A DNA stretch of 64,000 nt from assembly GCF_009914755.1 (NCBI RefSeq), contig NC_060928.1. The stretch is one strand, 5' to 3'. Each line of letters opens with the position of its first letter. Positions within the stretch are counted from its first letter, which is position 1. Source of the DNA: the human T2T-CHM13v2.0 reference genome, Homo sapiens. The position numbers and the translations under genes were made by a program. Below the pieces are notes generated by a model. It ran no database searches, was not told the origin of the DNA, and saw nothing but the letters and a program-made list of their open reading frames with translations. Shown piece by piece: positions 14,266 to 27,590 of this stretch.

Positions 14266-14963
14266 CTGAAAGACAAAAACAAACACAAAAAAAACCTATC
14301 TTTGAAACATTACTAGAAGTGTTTATTTTAAAAAACATTAAGAAAACTCTAGAGCTACTTTCCCTATGTCATTCTAACCAGGTAAACACAAAGACGAAGA
14401 TGAAAGCCGTAATAGTGACCTCCTTCTTGGGGTCAACAACCACAAAACCAAGAGTTTCTCTTCTACCACAAATCACACAGCCCTGTGATGAAACATGGCT
14501 TTCTCAAGAGCTTACGGTTTAGAAACTGGGTCTCCTATCAAGGTTTCCTGGTGCTTCAAAAATGTAGGGTAATTCTACCTCACCTGAGACTCACCACACA
14601 ATAAAATGTGGTGAATCTTACAGCATTCTCTTTCACTTCCTTAGTTTCTTAATCTCACCGGTCATTGTTTGCTACTCAGGACCCAGGACATGTGCTCTAC
14701 CTCTCTCTGTATCTGTCATCAAAGGACACAATGGTGCTTGCCATCAGCTTTATATTTCCCACATTTTGCACTAATGTTCAGTAAACTATGCATCACACAC
14801 AAATAAAAAATAAGAGGGCTCATACATTTATCAAAACTTGTATCATAGGAACCAAAAAAAAAAAAACCTCTAAAGCACAAACTAAAAGAAGAAACTAAAT
14901 TATCTTCATCTTCGACCAGAAAATAAAAATGTAATTATATGAAATAAGAAATACTCATTTAAA

Positions 14964-15240
14964 AAATTTATTTCCATAGGTTATTGGGGAACAGGTGGTG
15001 TTTGGTAACGAGTAAGTTCCTTAGTGGTGATTTGTGAGATTTTGGTGCACCCATGCACCATGCAAAGTTTGGCACATGCCATGAGCAGTATACACTGCAC
15101 CTAACTTGTAGACTTTTACCCCAACTCTCTTTCCACACTTTCCCCGAGTCCCCAAAGTTCATTGTGTCATTCTTATGCCTTTGCATCCTCATAGCTTAGC
15201 TCCCACTTATGAGTGAGAACATACGATGTTTGGTTTTCCA
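14964..15240 (-). mobile_element. L1PB-type 3' end fragment
   Basis: tttatttccataggttattggggaacaggtggtgtttgg...tcccacttatgagtgagaacatacgatg; flanking repeat atactcatt. Confidence 0.8.
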
Positions 15241-16360
15241 TACTCATTAAACTAAGATTATCAACTGGCCACTTTCTCAAGGTATCCATTCATTGACAAA
15301 ACAAAGAACCAAACCTAAGATTATTGAAAACCACCTTGCTTTGTCTTTAGGAAGAAACATTTGAAAACTTTGAAAGAGATCGTGTATTTTTAACTCAGTC
15401 AAAATAGACAGCAGATTGTGTTTCCAGAATATCGCACTGTACTTGAGCATGCCACGAAAATAAATGAATGTGATATTGACCCATCGATAGAAAGAGCCAA
15501 GGGAGATTTTCTTTTCTAAAAGCATTTACAGTGAATGCTCTAATTGGCTCTCACTTTTCTAAATAGTCCCAAGGACCATTAAAAATAAAAGAAACATAAA
15601 TAAAATGTTTAATATCAGTCTATGGAAACAATTTCTCTACATATGCTTGACACTTGGAAAACATTAACTACAAATAAAAATAGAAAAGCAGCTGTTTCTA
15701 GCTAACTGAGATCAACAGTTTCCTCTGCCAAAAGATTGTAAATAAAACATTGAAGCATAAAAGCTAAATCATGATCATGTAATGCGGGTAACATGCTCTC
15801 CAAACCATCTGTGTGATCATGAGTAAAAGTCAAATGCAGTAGGTAAAATGAAGGAATTCATTTAATTGTTATTGATTTTCAAAATGATTTAGACTTTATC
15901 CTAATCAAAATAAATGTGATAGGTTTAATTACTATAGGAAATGTATTTCACACATACAGAATAATTAGTAATTAATCAATTACCTATAGTTTTCCTTACA
16001 TCCATTTGTTAATTGCTCTCTTCCTTGCTTATTTTTGGCATAAAGAGATTTTTTCCATAAGGTGATATTTATGCTAATGTGGTTGTAATGAATATATAGG
16101 CCCATTAAGTTGATTTACTTATCTTGCTGAATCTATGAGTAGGCATCCAGTTCTGTCAACATACTTTTAGCAAATGCCAATTGTTCACGGTTGTACCCTG
16201 GAGTAATTCCCTTAAAATTAGTTCCTTCTCATATAAAATATTTGAACACTTGTTCCTAACTTTTTGGTAATAATTAGCCTTATTAATAATCTTTCCTTTG
16301 TCATTTTAATATTTCCTTTATCATTTTAACCAAACAGTGTTTAAAGTGTTCATAACATCT

Positions 16361-16673
<313 letters not shown>

Positions 16674-17078
16674 AAGTCTTCATAACATCTGTTTATCCTA
16701 AGAAGTCCTCTGAAACATTGACATTTTTAAGAAAACACTGACTTGGATAACAACTTTCTTTTAAAAAGGCAGCTTCATTGCTCTTAAGCTTTATGTATTG
16801 AAAGCAATTTGGCAGAATAAAAAGAAAGATAATATTTGAGAGGTACTGTAGTTAATGTTTTTAAAGTATATTTTGGGGGAAGAGAAACAGAATAAACTTA
16901 AAGGACATGTCTTTAAAAGCCTGAACTCACTGGACAACTTGTTTTCAAGTATCTCTGGAAGCTGACCAACTCCCAACACGGTTGTCTACTATGCATTTTC
17001 TTTTAAGCACAAGAATTAGAACTCAATAAAACTAAATGCTTTCAACCTGTATCATGATGAGCTATAAAAATGCTAAGA

Positions 17079-17411
<333 letters not shown>

Positions 17412-17582
17412 TTATTCTTCTAATACTGCCTCATTCTTTTCTACATTTCTATGTTTATTGTGCTATGGTTAAAAGTACAGGTTTAAATCCCATCTCTACC
17501 ACTTGCCCTGAAACTTTGGACAAAGTCTTAACTGCCATAAAGGAAGGAAAAATAAAATACCTCTTCATGGGGCTGGCTGTGG

Positions 17583-17926
17583 TGAGACAGCCAAGTAAAA
17601 ATGGCTCCCCGGCAGAACCCCCGACTGGCCTGCGCACTGGGAGGAGCGTGCACTGGGGTGGAGCCTCAGGAGGTTCACACCGTTTGCAGAGGTGAGGAGC
17701 CTGGCCTCTCCTGTTCCGGGGTGGTATTTGGGACTCAACTTGTGAGGCAGGAAACTGGCTAGCAGGACTGTCATTTTGCTGAGAGTCCCTGTTTCCCTTT
17801 TTTTTCCCCTTTTAGCCCGATAAATTCCAGTTTTCTCACCGTTCAAAGTGTCTGTGAGCCTAATCTTTCATGGCTGTGTAACAAGAGCCCAGCTTTTAGG
17901 TGAACTAAGGAGAAAGTCCTACAACA
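17583..17926 (+). mobile_element. MER61-family solo ERV1 LTR (344 bp) inserted in a MIR
   Basis: TG...CA ends (tgagacagcc ... gtcctacaaca), internal ggtggagcctc...gaggagcctggcc, and 4 bp flanks gtgg/ttgg. Confidence 0.8.
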
Positions 17927-18345
17927 TTGGGATCAAATCAGTCAATACCTATATAAACACTTCGAATGGCTTTTGGCACTAAGTTCTCCGTAACTGTTAG
18001 TCATTACTACACATTGATGGTAATGACAATAAAATTGTCTTCTTTAGGACTGCTAAGGTACTTTTAGATAAATATCAATTTCATTTTACTATAAGTGGAT
18101 CCCAGTGTCACAAAATGGCTAACTTTCAGAAGTGAATCACTTAACCCACATTTGGAGTGAGAAAACTATGGCTTTTTCGTGCTAAATTATTAATAGAAAG
18201 TCACATTGTATTAAGATAGTCTGGCTCAAAAGTGTTTCAGCTCTATAGCCAAAAAAAATGTAATGATATTTAAGAAATAGTATATAATTCTAATAATAAT
18301 AATAGTCAAACTTTACTGATTCCTTGTAATGAAGAGATTGGGCAC

Positions 18346-18830
18346 TGTGGTAGACAGAATAATGCTCCCCCAGAGATGCCACATCCCAATTCCTAGAACC
18401 TGTGAATATTCTGCTTTACATACTTTACGTGGTAAAAGGGATGTTGCAGATGTGATTGAAGTAAAAATTTTGAGATGAAGAGACTATCCTGGATTATTCA
18501 GGTGAGCCCAATGTAATCACAAGGGTCTTTATAAGCAGAAGAGGGAGATAAGAGAGTATGTGTCAGGGTCATGAACTGTGAGAAAAACTCAATGGACCAT
18601 TGCTTGTTTTGAAGATGGAAAGAGCCACAAGCCAAGGAATGCAGGAAGCCCTAGAAGCTAGAAAAAGCAAGAGAATAGATTGTCCCATAGAGTCTGCAGA
18701 AGGAACACCTAAATTTTGCCCAGTGAGACCTATTTTGAACTTCTTAACTCTAAGATAATAAATTTGTACTATCTTTTTAAGCTACCAAGTTTGTGGTAAT
18801 TTGTTACAGGAGCAATAAAAAATTAATACA
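18346..18830 (+). mobile_element. MLT1D-like MaLR solo LTR
   Basis: tgtggtagacagaataatg...gtaatttgttacaggagcaataaaaaattaataca; 5 bp flanks ggcac/agcac. Confidence 0.85.
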
Positions 18831-19139
18831 AGCACCTTGCTAAGTTCCCTCACTATAGGCATCAACTGAGTTAACCTTCCAATAATCCTATAAAACAGAT
18901 AATATAATTAATCGTTTGACAGAGTTTTAGAGAGATGGAAACTGAAGTTTATGAGAGTGAATTAGCTTGCTCAAGATTTGAGTTGGGACATGGCAAATAG
19001 ACATATACATATACACACACTTTTCATTCTGGACAAAACATACAGGTTTTAAAAGTCAACCATTATGTGCTTGCAGAATTTATCTTCCTATAATGTGATT
19101 TTAAAATTAATTTCTTAGCTTTGTATCTTTAGCCATGTG

Positions 19140-20830
19140 AAACACATTTACTTTGCATTTTCTATGTGCCAAGAACTTCATACTTACTCTGCTGAGAACA
19201 CAATATTTAGTAAGAGGTCCTTACTATCAAGATGTTTATAGATTAGTTGAGGGAGACGGGCAGGCAATCTAAAAAATATTAATATAAACTATGGTACAAG
19301 TGCTTTGAGAATGATATGCCTAGGACAATCTGGTAGCAAAAAGTAGAGAGATAGTCCTCATTCCATTTGAAAAAGTCAGGAAAGCCTGTTTAGAGACGAG
19401 TATCCTAAATGTGAATCTTAAAAGATGATTAGGGATTTTCTAGGTTTAAGCAAAGTATTTGTGGGGAGGAGAGTGGCGTGGCAAGAGGAAGTGAAACATT
19501 TTCTAGATAAAGCCAAGGGAAAAACATATGAAAAGGCCCAGCAGCAAGTAATTTAAAAACATGGCTAGTACACAGGAGCCTGGTAAGAGAAAAGACTGAA
19601 AAGGGAAGAGACACCAGACAGGATAGGTCTTGTACAAGGCTTGGAATTTACCTTGTGATAGAAAATTTTAGAAAGGTCTTAAATAGGGTGAAACATATTA
19701 GAATGATCACTTTGGCAGCAGGGTGACGTTTAAAAGTTTAGAGGGTAGTTAGAAGGCTATTGTAATACTCCAAGTGAGAAAAGAGTAAGGCCTTAGCCAA
19801 CGCAAAAACCCTATGGACAAAGGGAACATTAGGAGAAAGCTCCAAAGATGCAAAATCATATGAACATGAGAGAAAGGTCCCTTCGAGGTCTCTGGTTTGA
19901 ATAATGTAGTAAACAAACATATCCCCAACTGAATTGGTGTCATATCGTTAGTGTTGTTCATCAAATATTTCCAGTTCTCTCTCCTTCTACTGGGGCATAA
20001 GCTGAGCATTGCATTCTCTGGCCTCTTGAGTGAGGCCTTGCTTCAAGTTCAAGGCTATAAGCAAAACTAAAAAGTGTTGCTTCTAGGCAGAAGCATTTAA
20101 TTGCTGATGTAAGAGCCTTCAGAGCTCTGACACAATCATCACAAAGGCTCAAGATGGTGGCTAGTTCATCAATTTGGACCCTGAAGGACCTCGATGAGCA
20201 CAGGCCCCCTGCCATCTTGCAAAGGACATGTAGTATTGTAATAAATTAACTATTGTTGTTTGTAAATCACCAGTATTGGGGGATTTGCTGTTGTTACATG
20301 ACAGAGTCTAGCCAATCTTGACTAAAACAATAGATAACAGAGAATGAAAAATAGATTTGTAGAAGCCTGTTGTTGTTGTTGTTGTTGTTGTTACACTTTA
20401 TTGAATATAAAGGGCCTGTGAAACATTCAGGGGGGAAAAAGCCCAAATCTGAAGCAATCTGATGATTTCCTCCAGATGCCTCACCAGACTCCCCCACAAT
20501 GCTGTCCCTCCTTTGTGTTCCCAGAGCACGCACTGGTTATATTGTAGCACATATGCACTCAAGTGGAACTGTCTGTCCCATGCATCTATACATCAATCCC
20601 CGAGCAGAACACCTAGCACCAGTGTAGGGCTCCATAAATATTCGTTGAACGTATGAATGATGAATGGACTAATGGAAATGGCTGATATTGCCAAGAGGGG
20701 TATCAGTGTAAAGTGAGAAGACAGCTGAGGACAGACAGCTCTTTTTAATGCCATTTAATGGACAGTTAAAGAAAGGTTAGCTTAAGGAAAATGAGAAACA
20801 GCAGGCAGAGATACTGAAGGATAATCAGAG
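19140..20830. mobile_element. Mosaic of decayed L2 fragments and an MLT1-type LTR (about 19935-20335)
   Basis: L2-like phrases (ttagaaggctattgtaatactccaagtgagaa; cacctagcaccagtgtagggctccataaatattcgttgaa) and an MLT-like end (ggatttgctgttgttaca...tgactaaaaca). Confidence 0.55.
20368..20393 (+). repeat. (TTG)n microsatellite
   Basis: About 8 TTG units. Confidence 0.9.
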
Positions 20831-21149
20831 GTGACAATATGAAGGCATAGTTGAAGAGCATAATGAGATGAAAGTAGTACTCAACACTGAGGAAGATCAT
20901 ATGCGCATAGCACATCTGGGGAGAAGAAAGCATTGCTGGCACCAACTAACAATGAACATTCTTACCATGAATTGATGTACACAGACACAGAGAGAAACAT
21001 AGGTTCTTCATTTCAAAGTCTCGTTCAAATACACATTGGTTTCCAATGCAGCACATTGGATAAAAAGACACTGGTGGGCTTGCTAAGTACAGATATAGGA
21101 GTATGAAAAGAAGTGAAAGAGATGATCAGAAGGGGACTGATAGAGGTAT

Positions 21150-21292
21150 AGGAATCATCTGGGGTGGTTCTTGTTAGAATTCAAATTCAGCAGGTTTGGA
21201 GTGGGGACTGAGATTCTGGATTCTGCATTTTACACAAACTTCCAAGTGATGCTGATGCTGCTCGTCCATGGGCCACACTTGAGAACAAGGCT
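21150..21292. mobile_element. MER5A
   Basis: ctgcattttacacaaacttccaagtgatgctgatgctgctcgtccatgggccacacttgagaac. Confidence 0.75.
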
Positions 21293-22214
21293 TTAGACTA
21301 CCATTTCAAAAAGCTTTAGACATAACATATAACCTCGGGCCTCAGTAGTTAAAGAAAAAAAATTGTCATGCTTGAGAATCCTCCGCTGGTGAATCTGCAA
21401 CAGAAAGCCAGATTTATTCAAAGAATTTGAAGTCTTAAGTAATGTGGAGTCAGGTCATGAAAGATCATAGAGAATCTTAAATTTTGGGTGTGAAGAAACA
21501 AGAATTTGGGAGGTTTTCTATTTTTAAGTGATACTAAGAATACATTATAAGTTAGGAAGTTAAGATTCTTTTAACTCCAAATTCTTGTAAAAGCCACAAA
21601 CTGCTGAGAAATTTGCTAAGAGAAAACTGTATTTAAATTCAATGATCTCCAGTTCATCTAGCATTTTTGAGGAGAAAGGTCATTTCTGAAGAGAAATATT
21701 TTTATCGAATTCAAGAAAAATGAATGGTTTATTAAACTTTCTATAGTCTACATACCACTATAATTTTTCTTTTTTCCTCATTTACTCAAAAAATTAAGAA
21801 GCCACACATACATTTTCCATCATATTAAGAAAACTAGAAATGTAATTTTAAGCTAGTTTTCATAAGCTTATGGCTAAAATAAATTTGTTTTAGATATATA
21901 TGGATGAGTGAATAAGCAGATGAATATTTAAAACCAAGTCTTCGACAGGCTGAGAAAGAAAAAGTCAGGAGAATTCTAATGAGAATTTTTGGAACATAAC
22001 TTGGGTGAATAAATTGAGATGAAGAATAGTTTGAAAAAACTAATTCAGACCATACCCCATACATTTATAGGACTCCCTGCCACATACTCAGCTGTAACCC
22101 TTTCTCCATACAGCTGCCAATGACACCTTTTAAAGCTGAAACGCTTTCTCCATACAGCTGCCAATGACACCTTTTAAAAGTCCCAACCAAGATAATCATT
22201 TCCAAGACCTTGAA

Positions 22215-24130
22215 AGAGCTTTTTTTTCCGATGTTTTCTTCTAGGAGTTTTATGGTTTCCAGTTTTATGTTTTAGTCTTTAATCCATTTTGACTTGATTT
22301 TGGTATGATGGTATAAGATAAGGGTCCCATTTCATCCTTTTGGATGTGGATATGCAATTTTCCTAACACCATTTGTCAAAGAGAGTATTCTTTCCCCCTC
22401 GTGTACTCTTCACACCTTTGTTGAAGATCCAATGACCATATACATGTGGATTTATTTCTGGGCTCTATATTCTGTTCCATTGGTCTATATGTCTGTTTCT
22501 ATTCTAGTGCTATACTGCTTTGATTGCTGTAGCCTCATAATATAGTTTGAAATCAGCACATTTGATGCCTCTATCTTTGTCGTTTCTGCTCAAAATCGCT
22601 TTGGGTATTTGGGATCTTTTGTGGCTCCAAATGAATTTTAGGATTGTTTTATCTGAAAAATGCCACTGGGATTTAGCTAGGGACTGCATTGAATCTATAG
22701 ATCACTCTGGGTAGTATGGACATTTTAACAATATTAATTCCTCCAGTCAATGAATATTAAATGTCTTTTCATTTATTTGTGTCTGATTTAATTTCTTTTA
22801 TCAGCATTTTATAGTTTTCAGTGTAAAAATATTTCCCTTCCTTAGTTATGTTTATTCCCAAGTACTTATTCTTGTTAATCCTATTAACAAGGATTTCTTA
22901 GACATGACATAAAAAGCACTGGCAACAAAGAAAAAAAAAAGACCAGCAGTGTTACATCAAACTGAAAACTTTGCACAGCAAAACAATCAACAGAGGTTGA
23001 GTGGACCTAAAAAATGAGAGAAATTATTTGTAAACCACATATTTGATCAAGAGTTAATATTCAAAATATGTAAAAATAAGAAACTCACAAATCAATAGCA
23101 AAAAAAAAGGTAACCTGATTTTTTTAACAGGCAACGGATCTGAATAGACATTTCTCCAAAGAAGACACATACGCAGAGCCAGTAGCCAGTAAGTATATGA
23201 GATGGTGCTCAAATCACTAGTCATTAGCGAAATGCAAATCAAAATGATAAAGAGATGTCACATCATGGTTGTTATGATGGCTATTACCAAAAACAAAAGA
23301 TAACAGATGTTGGTGATAATGTGAAGAAATTGAAACCCTTGTACACTGTTAGTAGGAATGTAAATTGATGCAGCCACTATGGAAAACAGAATGGAAGGTC
23401 CTTCAAAAAAATTAAAAATAGAACTATCGCATGATCCAGCAATCCCACTTCTGGGTATACATCCAAAAAATTGAAATCAGGATCTCCTATCTGCACTCCC
23501 ATGTTCCGTGCAGCATTATTCACAATAGCCAAGACATGGAAGCAGCCTAAATGTCCACTGATAGATGAATAAATTTTAAAAATGTGGCATACACACAATG
23601 GTATATCATTTGGCCTTAAAAAAGAAGAAAATCTTATCACTTGTGGCAACATGGATGAACCTGGGGGCCATTATGCTAAGGACAAATACTACATGATCAC
23701 ACTCATATGAGAAATCTAAAATAGATTCATAGAAGCAGAAAGCAGAATGGCGATTGCCAGAGGGGAAGAGGAAATAAGGCGATATCCAAGGGTATAAAGT
23801 TTCAGTAATATAAGATAAATAAGTTCTAGAGATGACTATACAACATAGTGACTATGGTTAATACTTCTTTGGGTACTTAAACATTTGTTAAAAGGGCAGA
23901 TCTTATGCAAAATGTTCTTATCATGGAAAAAAATAATAAAGATGTGAGGAAACTTTTGGAGGTGATGGATATGTTTATTGCAGAAATTGTGGTGATGATT
24001 TCACAGGTATATACTTGTTTCCAAACTCATCAAGTTGTGATACATTAAATATGTGCAGCTTTTTGTATGCCAATCATACCTCATTAAAAGGGCTTAATGA
24101 ATGAATAAATAAACAAATAAATAAATAAAT
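22215..24130 (+). mobile_element. L1MA/MB element with inverted 5' segment (22215-22880 minus; 22885-24130 plus), within an L2
   Basis: A reverse-oriented ORF2 segment is followed by the forward ORF2 end, 3'UTR and a (TAAA)n tail. Confidence 0.8.
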
Positions 24131-26014
24131 GCTACAACCAGACCCTGTCACTCTCTTATATCAACATCCTTATTGTGGATTTCATGTTTAAAGTACTACT
24201 TACTCCCTAGGGAATCTTCCCTCATCTCAGCCCAGTTTCTGTCCCTGTCGTAAGTTCTCTTAGCACCTTGTCTCTTCCCACATAGCAGTAAACTCTGTTG
24301 TAATTACTTAATGAAGTGATCATTTGTTTCATGCCTTCTTCCCTCACTGTGGAGTCCCTGAGGGTAGGCTTTATTCACTGCTGTCCCCAATACCTATAGC
24401 ACACTGTGTTGCATATAACAGACACTCAATACATATTTGTTAAAGGGGTGAATAGTATTACATTATAGCTAATTTTGTTTCTTTTAAATGTTTCTCAACA
24501 TATCAAAATAATTTTACTTTAAATGTTGCATGATGATGTATATTTATAATATATAATATAATATATAATTATAATACATAATATTGTGAATTTATAATAT
24601 AGTAAATAATTATATATGTATATGTAAAATTTGAGGAAGGTATCAGTTCAATCTCAAAGTACTCTATGGCATAAAGTGACACTTGTTGTCACATGAAGGC
24701 AGCACAAACCATTGCAGGTTTAGTTCTTATAAGAAAGAAATTAGTCTCTGAAAGTAAATCTCAGGCCTAAGAATAAAAGGCCTGTCAAACTTGCCATCAC
24801 GTTACAAATCCAACTGTTGGTCAACTTTATTTCTTCCTAGCTACTTTTAGGCAATTCAAATATCTTGCAGCAACAGCCTGATTCTAGGGCTATGGGGTTA
24901 TGGATCATGGGGTTACTATGACAACAGGTCATAGCACAAAGGTTTTAATTCTTATGGACAGAGTTAATGTGAGACAAAATGCATGTTTAGTTAATTGTTA
25001 CTTGGGTATAATATGACTATTTATTAAAATAATTATCTGATGATAATTATTCATAATCAAATAAAACAAATTCTTTACTACTATAATGAACTTATCACTT
25101 ATAAAAACACTTTCACAAACATTTCATTTGACTTCCATAACAATTCTGTGATACAAAAAAGAATTATCTCATGTAGAAAATAAAGCATCTTACCTAAACT
25201 CCCATGTCTAGTAAATGGAAGAGTAAAACCCTAAAGCCAGACTTTCTAGTGCCAAGTTGCATGCTCTTTCTTCTTTGTCATATGGACCATCAGTATCAGA
25301 CTATAACTAATGAAATAAAAATCTACATATAATTTAACTTTCTTATTTTTCAATTTCTCTTTGAAGAACCTGAGTCCTTGTTTTAGAGTCCAAATCTTTG
25401 GAACCATATGGACAACTCAGACTATCTGCCGAGTTGAGAAATACAAAACTAAACAACCTTTGTAGCTCTAGCTTCAGTTTAGTGGTTGGGTTGAAAAACA
25501 ATTTACTACTGCTTTCTTCTATAGCCTGCTGCTAATACAATTATTTGACAACCCACCTCTCGTATCTTCAGAAATCGTTTTACCATCTTGACTTTTTGCA
25601 TGAGGGAAACCACAACAGACAAAATTAGAGACACGTAGTACATCTGTGTTTGTTAGCATAAGGCTTTTATCTTTTCTAATCAATAATCTTCTCATTATTA
25701 TCTCCTTGGCTTTTGAAGCTAGAGCTCCTGTTATTTATACACCACTGATATCTCAGCATCCCTTAGCAACCCTAATGTACACAGAAATAACTACAAAACT
25801 TTGTATGAGCACAAAGTTATAAACTCAAACCAAACAGAGCATTTTTTAAAGTAAGCAATTTAATGAGGTTTTTAAAACAAAGATATAAAATGCTTGTATT
25901 GCTCATTACAACAACAAACATCTCAGTTACAAAATAAGGAATATTTATTTGGACAGATATTACTTCAATATGGCTATATTAAATCATCTGGTACAGAATT
26001 TATTAAAAGAATGT

Positions 26015-26444
26015 TTTTAATTTTTTTCTCTTTTTTATAAATTTCAACTTTTATTTTGGATTCAGGTACATGTGCAAGTTGTAACATGTGTATATTATGT
26101 GATGCTGAGGATTGGGATACAAATGATCCCATCACCCAAGTAATGAGCATAGTAGCCAACAGTTTTTCAACCCTTGCCCTCCTCCATAGTCCCCAGTTGT
26201 CTATTGTTCCCATCTTTATGACCATGAGACTCTAGTAGTAGACTCTAGTAGTCCCCAGTGTCTATTGTTCCCATCTTTATGACCATGAGCACTCAATGTT
26301 TAGCTCCTTCTTATAAGTGAGAACATGTGGTATTTGGTTCTCTGTTCCTGTGATAATTTGCTTAAGCTAATGGCCTCCCGCTACATCCATTTTGCTGCAA
26401 AGGACATGATTTCATTCTTTTTTATGGCTGCATAGTATCCCATG

Positions 26445-26490
<46 letters not shown>

Positions 26491-26975
26491 CTCCCATGTT
26501 TTCTTTATCCAATCTACCACTGATGGACACCTAGGCTGAATCCGTGTCTTTGTTATTGTGAATAGTGCTGCCATGAATATATGAGTGTGTGTGTCTTTTT
26601 GGTGGAATGATTTATTTTCTTTTGGCTATATCCCCAGTGATGAGACTGCTGGGTCAAATGGTAGTTCCATTTGAAGTTCTTTGAGAAATCTCAAAAGTTT
26701 TTTCCACAGTGACTGAAGTAATTTACATTTCCACCAACAGCATACCTTTTCTCAACAGCATCTGTTGTTTTTTGACTTTTTCGTAATAGCCATTCTGATT
26801 GGTGTGAGATGGTATCTCACTGTGGTTTTGATTTGTATCTCTCTGATGATTAGTGATGTTGAGCATTTTTTCATATGTTTGTTGGACACTTGTATGTTTA
26901 TTTTGAGAAGCATCTGTTCATGTATTTTGCCCACTTTATAATGAGGTTATTTGTTTTCTGCATCTTGAATTGTTA
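26015..26975 (-). mobile_element. L1PA15/16-like 3' portion containing a (TG)n run (about 26446-26486) and an internal tandem duplication (about 26187-26289)
   Basis: tttcaacttttattttggattcaggtacatgtgcaagttg...; flanking repeat ttaaaagaatg. Confidence 0.8.
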
Positions 26976-27074
26976 AAAGAATGATTTTGAAGATGCGTGG
27001 GAAAACCCCCACTTCCTAAAGTTTGCCTACATATAAACAAAATAGCATATAGGAGCAGTTACATAAGTGACACA

Positions 27075-27590
27075 AAATTCCACTCTTGGTATATACCCAA
27101 GAGAAGTGAAAATGTATGTCCCCACAAAAACATACACACAAATATTCATAACAGGATTATAGATAATAGCCAAAAGGTGGAAATAACCCAAATGTCTATC
27201 AATTGACAAATGGATAAACTATGGTATATCCATACAATGAAATATTGTTCAGCCATTAAAAGGAATGAAGTATTAATATGTGCTACAATGTGAGTAAACC
27301 TTAAAAACATATGCTAAGGGAAAGAAGCCAGTCACAAAATACCACATATGGTCATACAGAATGTCTAGAATAGGTACATCTACAGTGAAAGAAAATAGAT
27401 TAGTGGCTGCTTGGGGCTAGGGGTGAGGAGATGGGGAGAGATTGCGTGGTAGCTAAAGGGTACAGAGTTTTGTTTTGAGATGACAAAAATGTCCTAAAAC
27501 AGACTGCAGTGATGGTTACATTATCTATGAATATACTAAAAACTACTGAATTGTAGACTTTAAATGGTTGGATTGAATGGTATATTATAT
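27075..27590 (+). mobile_element. Old L1 (L1MB-type) 3' end
   Basis: aattccactcttggtatatacccaagagaa...tactgaattgtagactttaaatgg. Confidence 0.8.

Noticed and set aside
14039-14338. 99 aa minus-strand ORF as a standalone gene
   Set aside because: Only 14065-14265 is the exon. The flanks are the polypyrimidine tract and intron read-through. No nearby sense poly(A) signal was seen to support a truncated terminal exon.
14967-14972. Sense-strand AATAAA from an L1PB end 700 bp upstream of exon 3, as a premature poly(A) site
   Set aside because: The hexamer is common in these introns and the sequence alone gives no evidence of use.
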